DNA of 20,775 nucleotides from Chlamydiia bacterium (GTDB lineage Bacteria; Chlamydiota; Chlamydiia; Chlamydiales; 2-12-FULL-49-11): NCBI GenBank assembly GCA_044359535.1, contig JBIKLZ010000021.1, positions 1 to 20,775 of the forward strand, read 5' to 3'. Shown piece by piece: positions 16,188 to 20,775 of this stretch (position 1 is its first letter; each line of letters starts with the position of its first letter). The notes under the pieces were generated by a model. It saw only the letters and a program-made list of their open reading frames with translations, ran no database searches and was not told where the DNA came from. The position numbers and the translations under genes were made by a program.

Positions 16188-17546
16188 ATGAAAAAATGTA
16201 TAAAAGTGACTATTGATGGACCATCGGCCTCTGGAAAATCTACGGTTGCAAAGGCTTTGTCAAAAAGTCTAGGATTTACCCATCTTGATACGGGAGCTAT
16301 TTATAGAGCTATTGCCCTTTTTTATAGAGATAAACAGCTTTTGACCGCAGATGACAGTGAGCAAGAGAGTTGCTTATCCTCTTTTTCCTATTATTTTTTA
16401 GGAGAAGGGGATAAAAGGAAGCATTTTATTGGATCCACAGACGTTACTGAAGAGATTAGAAGTAGAGAAATTGCCCATATTGCCTCTTTACTTTCTACAA
16501 AAGTGTTTATTAGAGATTTTGCCACCCACCTTCAAAGGGTTTTTGCTGAAGGTGAAAATATTGTTGTAGAGGGAAGAGATACAGGATCGGTAGTCTTTCC
16601 AAGTGCAGAAATTAAAATTTTTCTTGAAGCAGATGTTGAAGAGAGGGCAAAAAGGCGATTTGACTTTCTTAAAGGGAAGAAAGGTTCAGAAGGGTTAACC
16701 ATTGAAGATGTGATCACCGATTTAACCAATCGTGATGAACGGGATATGACAAGGGAGGTCTCTCCTTTGATTTGTCCTAAAGAGGCAATACGCATTGATA
16801 CTACTGAATTAGGGGTCAAAGACATTGTAGATTCCCTTGTATCGATTATAAAGAAATACCCCCACGCCAAGTCCCCTCATAAAAAGTATTGGTTTTCCTA
16901 TAAGGGAAAAAAATGTTCACTCCTTTATTTTCCTGTAAAAGGTTTTTTTTATAGTTATTTTAAAATATTCCATCGTTTTAAGGTTTTTGGGTTGGAGCAT
17001 TTTGAGATCAATTGCCCAGGGATTATTGCCTGTAATCATGTCTCTTTTATGGATCCTCCTATGTTAGGGTGTGGCTCTCCTCAGGTCATTTACGCTCTAG
17101 CAAGAAAGTCCTTGTTTAAGTCTAGATTCATTTCTTATATTTTACAAAAATTAAATACCTATCCCCTTTCTGGGGACAGCAACGATAAGGCAATGATGAA
17201 ACAGGTAGTCACTTTATTGTTAAAAGGGGAAAAAGTCCTTATTTTTCCTGAAGGGTCTAGAAGTGACGATGGGAAAGTCCACCCTTTAAAGCAGGGCTTA
17301 TGTTTATTAGCTGAGAAGGGTAATGCAAGGGTCTTTCCAGCAGCTGTTGTGGGCCCAGAAAAAGCCCTTCCAAAGGGAAAAAAGTTCCCGCGATTATTTA
17401 CCCCATTGATCCTTGCTTTTGGTCCCTCTATTTCTTATGCAGAGATTATAAAAAATTTTGACGATAAAAAATTAGGACGAGAGGCTTTTTTAAAAAAGGT
17501 TCAAAGTGAAATAGAAAAATTAGTGGATACTTATAAACAAACATAA
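16188..17546 (+). CDS. cmk: Fused cytidylate kinase / 1-acyl-sn-glycerol-3-phosphate acyltransferase (Cmk-PlsC)
   Basis: N-terminal TIDGPSASGKST, LDTGAIYR, VVEGRDTGSVVFP and RDERD (Cmk). C-terminal NHVSFMD (HX4D), FPEGSRS (PlsC). One uninterrupted 452-aa frame. Confidence 0.93.
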   Translation: MKKCIKVTIDGPSASGKSTVAKALSKSLGFTHLDTGAIYRAIALFYRDKQLLTADDSEQESCLSSFSYYFLGEGDKRKHFIGSTDVTEEIRSREIAHIASLLSTKVFIRDFATHLQRVFAEGENIVVEGRDTGSVVFPSAEIKIFLEADVEERAKRRFDFLKGKKGSEGLTIEDVITDLTNRDERDMTREVSPLICPKEAIRIDTTELGVKDIVDSLVSIIKKYPHAKSPHKKYWFSYKGKKCSLLYFPVKGFFYSYFKIFHRFKVFGLEHFEINCPGIIACNHVSFMDPPMLGCGSPQVIYALARKSLFKSRFISYILQKLNTYPLSGDSNDKAMMKQVVTLLLKGEKVLIFPEGSRSDDGKVHPLKQGLCLLAEKGNARVFPAAVVGPEKALPKGKKFPRLFTPLILAFGPSISYAEIIKNFDDKKLGREAFLKKVQSEIEKLVDTYKQT

Positions 17547-17556
17547 AGGAGAAGTT

Positions 17557-17865
17557 ATGACCGTTAAGGAACTAAATGAAGGTGATTTTAAACATGCAAT
17601 CCAATCAAAAAAAGTGGTTATTGTAGATTTTTATGCCCACTGGTGCGGCCCTTGCAAAACCTTGGGACCCATTATGGAAGAGGTAAGTTCAGAAGGGTAT
17701 ACAGTCTATTCAGTAGATGTTGATGAAAATAGAGCTTTAGCACAAGCCTATTCAGTGTCATCTATCCCAACAGTTCTTTTTTTTAAAGAGGGAAAAAAAG
17801 TGGATCAATTTGTTGGGGTAAGAGAAAAGGAAGACATTATTGAGATGGCTCAATCCCATTCGTAA
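17557..17865 (+). CDS. trxA: Thioredoxin
   Basis: VDFYAHWCGPCK active site, SIPT cis-Pro loop, SD AAGGAG. Confidence 0.97.
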   Translation: MTVKELNEGDFKHAIQSKKVVIVDFYAHWCGPCKTLGPIMEEVSSEGYTVYSVDVDENRALAQAYSVSSIPTVLFFKEGKKVDQFVGVREKEDIIEMAQSHS

Positions 17866-18334
17866 TAAGGGTTTGAGAGGGGCTAAGAGGAGCAAAGTTT
17901 TGCTGTCTTAAAGCTTCGTAGATTGTAATAGATACTGAGTTTGCAAGATTTAAACAACGTGCCCCTTTATCCATGGGGAGGGTATAAAAATCCTCTCCCC
18001 ATAGCTCTCTTGTATAATCAGGTAAACCTTTAGTTTCACTTCCAAAAATAAAAATGCCCCCTTCCTTAATTTCTGTGGAGTAGATCGATTTTTTTGCCTT
18101 ACTCGATAAGAAGTATTTCGGAGCCTTAGATGTTTCAAGGTACTCCTTTAATGAGGAAATGGTCTTAACTTCTACCCCTAGAAAGTAATCAAGCCCTGCA
18201 CGCTTTAATTTTTTATCGGTGATTGTAAAGCCTAAAGGTTCGACTAAAGTGAGTTTACAGTTTGTAGCTTTACATAGCCTAACAATATTTCCTGTGTTTT
18301 GAGGGATGTCAGGCTCAAAAAGAATAATTTCCAC
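17837..18334 (-). CDS. trmL: tRNA (cytidine/uridine-34-2'-O)-methyltransferase, SpoU/TrmL family
   Basis: PDIPQNTGNIVRLC, LKRAGLDY, FGSETKGLP and RCLNLANS. GTG start overlaps the mip TAG by 1 nt. Confidence 0.95.
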   Translation of the reverse strand: MEIILFEPDIPQNTGNIVRLCKATNCKLTLVEPLGFTITDKKLKRAGLDYFLGVEVKTISSLKEYLETSKAPKYFLSSKAKKSIYSTEIKEGGIFIFGSETKGLPDYTRELWGEDFYTLPMDKGARCLNLANSVSITIYEALRQQNFAPLSPSQTLITNGIEPSQ

Positions 18335-19113
18335 TATTTTACATTTACAGGTTTTAAAGAACTATCGGCAAAAGCATCTTCAGAAGGAAATTCCCCTTGA
18401 GATGTGGGTATTGTGTTCCTTACAGAAATTTTATCCTCAAGACCTTTCATTTCTATTTCAAAAGTAAGGAGTGCATTAGGGGAAAGGGAGCTATTGATTC
18501 CATAGCCTAACTCAGGATGAATATAAACCACACGCTTTTCACCCACTTTCATTCCAATGATAGCCTTTTTAAACCCTTCAATAGTCTCATCAAGAGAGAT
18601 GGTCTCATCCTTTTCTGATTTTCCAAAGACTTCTCCGTTAAGGTAGGTCCCAACATAAGAAATTACAGGGTTTTGATTTTCTGAGCAGACCTTACCTGTT
18701 CCTTCAGCAAGTTTTTTATACTGAAGTTTTCCCCCCTCAAGTTCACAAATGGCCTCATTTTTTTTATTAGCAGCTAAAAAAGCTTCGGCAGCCTTAAGGT
18801 TTGCCTCACACTCATTTTTAAATTTCTTTTCTTGTAAACTTGTTAGCATTTCAATGGTTTTTGCTTCAGAAAGGGGAGACTCCATTCCGTTAAAGGCATC
18901 TTGAATACCACTAATAATTGCACTTGAATCTAGATCTAAATCTATAGAGCTAAGGTTTTGACCGATCATATGGCCATAAGCTTGTGATAACAGCTTGATA
19001 TCTTGAGTAGAAAACTCTTCGTTGTCCTTTTTTTCCAATTTTTCTGTCTGAATAGTCGTTTCTACAGCAAATATTGCTCCAAAACATGATAAAAAAATAA
19101 GATGGTATTTCAT
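18334..19113 (-). CDS. mip: Mip-type FKBP peptidyl-prolyl cis-trans isomerase
   Basis: Signal peptide, FKBP_N dimerisation region (LSQAYGHMIG...NLKAAEAFLAAN), FKBP domain LQYK...YVG...GMKVGEKRVVYIHPELGYG...PNALLTFEIE. SD AAAGGAG. Lies between aspS and trmL as in other chlamydiae. Confidence 0.93.
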   Translation of the reverse strand: MKYHLIFLSCFGAIFAVETTIQTEKLEKKDNEEFSTQDIKLLSQAYGHMIGQNLSSIDLDLDSSAIISGIQDAFNGMESPLSEAKTIEMLTSLQEKKFKNECEANLKAAEAFLAANKKNEAICELEGGKLQYKKLAEGTGKVCSENQNPVISYVGTYLNGEVFGKSEKDETISLDETIEGFKKAIIGMKVGEKRVVYIHPELGYGINSSLSPNALLTFEIEMKGLEDKISVRNTIPTSQGEFPSEDAFADSSLKPVNVK

Positions 19114-19138
19114 AAAGAACTCCTTTGTACTTCAATAT

Positions 19139-19167
19139 ACATTACTCGTATCGGACTTTATATCCAA
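19139..19167 (-). promoter_or_regulatory. Possible sigma66 promoter for mip-trmL
   Basis: Minus strand TTGGAT (19167-19162), 17 nt spacer, TAATGT (19144-19139). Imperfect match. Confidence 0.3.
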
Positions 19168-19191
19168 GGTTTTTCACCATTTTAATAAAAT

Positions 19192-20775
19192 TTACCCCTT
19201 GACCACAAGCTTTCTTTTTTCAATAAACAACTCTTCTAACTGAGCTTGAGAAACTTGTGACGGACAAGACATCATTAGATCAGAGGCTTTTTGAGTTTTT
19301 GGAAAGGCTACAACATCTTTAATAGAAGAAGTCTGCGTTAAAAGCATCATGATTCTATCCAACCCAAAAGCTATCCCTCCGTGAGGGGGAGCTCCATAGG
19401 AAAGGGCTTTTGTTAAAAATCCAAATTTTTCTTCTATTTCCTGTTCAGAAAGATTCAAAAGTGAAAAAATCTTTTGTTGGAGGGAGGATTCATGAATACG
19501 AATGGAACCGCCCCCAAGTTCATAGCCGTTTAAAACTAGATCATAGGCGTTTGAAAGGACACTTAGCGGATCAGAGTCAAGTTTTTCAATGTCTTGTTTA
19601 AGAGGGGAGGTAAAAGGATGGTGTACTGAGGTAAGAAGGCCTGTTTCCTTTTCTCTTTCAAATAAGGGAAAGTCAATGACCCACAAGAATTTCAAGGAAT
19701 GTTTATCAATTAAATCCAATTTTTCTGCTAGATGACGTCGAAGGTGGTCAAGAGCCTGAAGGACAACAGATTTTTTCTCTGCAGCAAAAAAGATAAGATC
19801 CCCCTCTTTGCTTCGGCATCTATCGATCAGTTCTTTTTGTAATTTTTCATCAAAAAATTTAACAATATTTGAATGGAGCCCTTCGGAAGTGACTTTCATC
19901 CAGGATAACCCTCCGAGACCAAATTGCTCTGTAAAGGTGGTTAATTCATCAATTTCGCGGCGAGAAAAGACCCCTCCACCTGGAACGTTGATGGCTCGGA
20001 TGATGTGGTGAGCTTCTAAAGCCTGTGTAAAAATTGAAAAACTAGATTGTTGAGCAATAGATTCTACATTGATAAACTCCATCCCAAAGCGAAGATCGGG
20101 TTTGTCCGAGCCGTAAAGGTCCATGCATTCTTTATAGCTTTTTCGTATAAATGGAGTTGAAAGATCGATCCCTTTCATCTCTTTCCATAGCTTCTTAAAC
20201 AATCCTTCAGCAAGAGCGATGATATCCTCTTGATTGTTAAAACTCATTTCAATATCAATTTGAGTGAATTCAGGTTGACGCTCTGCCCGTAAATCCTCAT
20301 CTCTAAAACATTTTGCCACTTGGAAATAGCGGTCTAAGCCACCTACCATTAAAAGTTGCTTATAGATTTGAGGGGATTGTGGAAGGGCGTAAAAATGATG
20401 GGGATGCACTCTTGATGGGACGATGTAATCGCGAGCCCCTTCAGGAGTGGATTTTGTTAAAATGGGGGTTTCAACCTCTAAAAAATCTTTTCCTATGAGG
20501 TAATTTCTAATGACACTTGTGGCTTTGCTCCGAGCAATCAATACATTTTTTAATTCTGTCCGACGGATATCTAGGTATCTATAGGTCAGTCTAAGTTCAT
20601 CTTGAACATCAATTGTTTCATCACAAATAGAAAATGGGGGGGTGGGACAAGTAGATTGAACCTCTACACCGGTTGCTTCAATTTCTATCTCTCCGGTTGA
20701 TAGATTAGGATTTACTAAACCCTCTCCACGAAAGCGTACGGTTCCTTTAACACTTATGACCCACTCACTTCGAAC
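19192..20775 (-). CDS. aspS: Aspartate--tRNA ligase (5' end beyond the window)
   Basis: The frame stays open to the window edge (VRSEWVISVKGTVRFRGEGLVNPNLSTGEIEI...LRLTYRYLDIRR). Motifs STPEGARDY, ALPQSPQ, CFRDEDLRAERQPEFTQIDIE and GAPPHGGIAFGLDR. Confidence 0.98.
   Translation of the reverse strand, partial: VRSEWVISVKGTVRFRGEGLVNPNLSTGEIEIEATGVEVQSTCPTPPFSICDETIDVQDELRLTYRYLDIRRTELKNVLIARSKATSVIRNYLIGKDFLEVETPILTKSTPEGARDYIVPSRVHPHHFYALPQSPQIYKQLLMVGGLDRYFQVAKCFRDEDLRAERQPEFTQIDIEMSFNNQEDIIALAEGLFKKLWKEMKGIDLSTPFIRKSYKECMDLYGSDKPDLRFGMEFINVESIAQQSSFSIFTQALEAHHIIRAINVPGGGVFSRREIDELTTFTEQFGLGGLSWMKVTSEGLHSNIVKFFDEKLQKELIDRCRSKEGDLIFFAAEKKSVVLQALDHLRRHLAEKLDLIDKHSLKFLWVIDFPLFEREKETGLLTSVHHPFTSPLKQDIEKLDSDPLSVLSNAYDLVLNGYELGGGSIRIHESSLQQKIFSLLNLSEQEIEEKFGFLTKALSYGAPPHGGIAFGLDRIMMLLTQTSSIKDVVAFPKTQKASDLMMSCPSQVSQAQLEELFIEKRKLVVKG

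Noticed and set aside
18615-18660. Mip FKBP motif FDSS replaced by FGKS, suggesting an inactive PPIase
   Set aside because: As I recall, chlamydial Mip proteins generally lack this Asp yet are active, so it is not specific to this genome.
20542-20775. Apparent non-coding region after the ORF-track start of aspS at 20541
   Set aside because: The frame is open and encodes AspRS N-terminal domain sequence up to the window edge. The gene is only cut by the window.

Overview
AT-rich chromosomal window from a member of the phylum Chlamydiota, most likely an environmental (non-Chlamydiaceae) lineage. The assignment rests on euo, a giant fused secDF, tsp, a flavodoxin-less cysJ-like gene, and the gene blocks euo-recJ-secDF-uppS-cdsA-cmk-plsC and trxA-trmL-mip-aspS. 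From 2600 to the end it is core genome: cysJ-like reductase, gltX, tsp, euo, recJ, secDF, uppS, cdsA, a cmk-plsC fusion, trxA, trmL, mip and a 5'-truncated aspS. The first ~2.6 kb is accessory and holds the most interesting material. It has a 517-aa protein with a Ser/Pro-rich, type III effector-like N-terminus and a type II PI4-kinase/HipA-like kinase domain with all core motifs. A candidate sigma66 promoter precedes it, overlapped by a perfect 13-bp inverted repeat. Downstream lies a translationally coupled pair: a signal-peptide protein with a Gly-rich hydrophobic hairpin and a small 4-TM protein. Other points are the absence of omcA/omcB beside tsp/gltX/euo, a probable leaderless gltX mRNA, and a Cys-to-Ser change in the reductase catalytic triad. 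No rRNA, tRNA, CRISPR array or mobile element was recognised. All calls come from reading motifs by eye; no searches were run.
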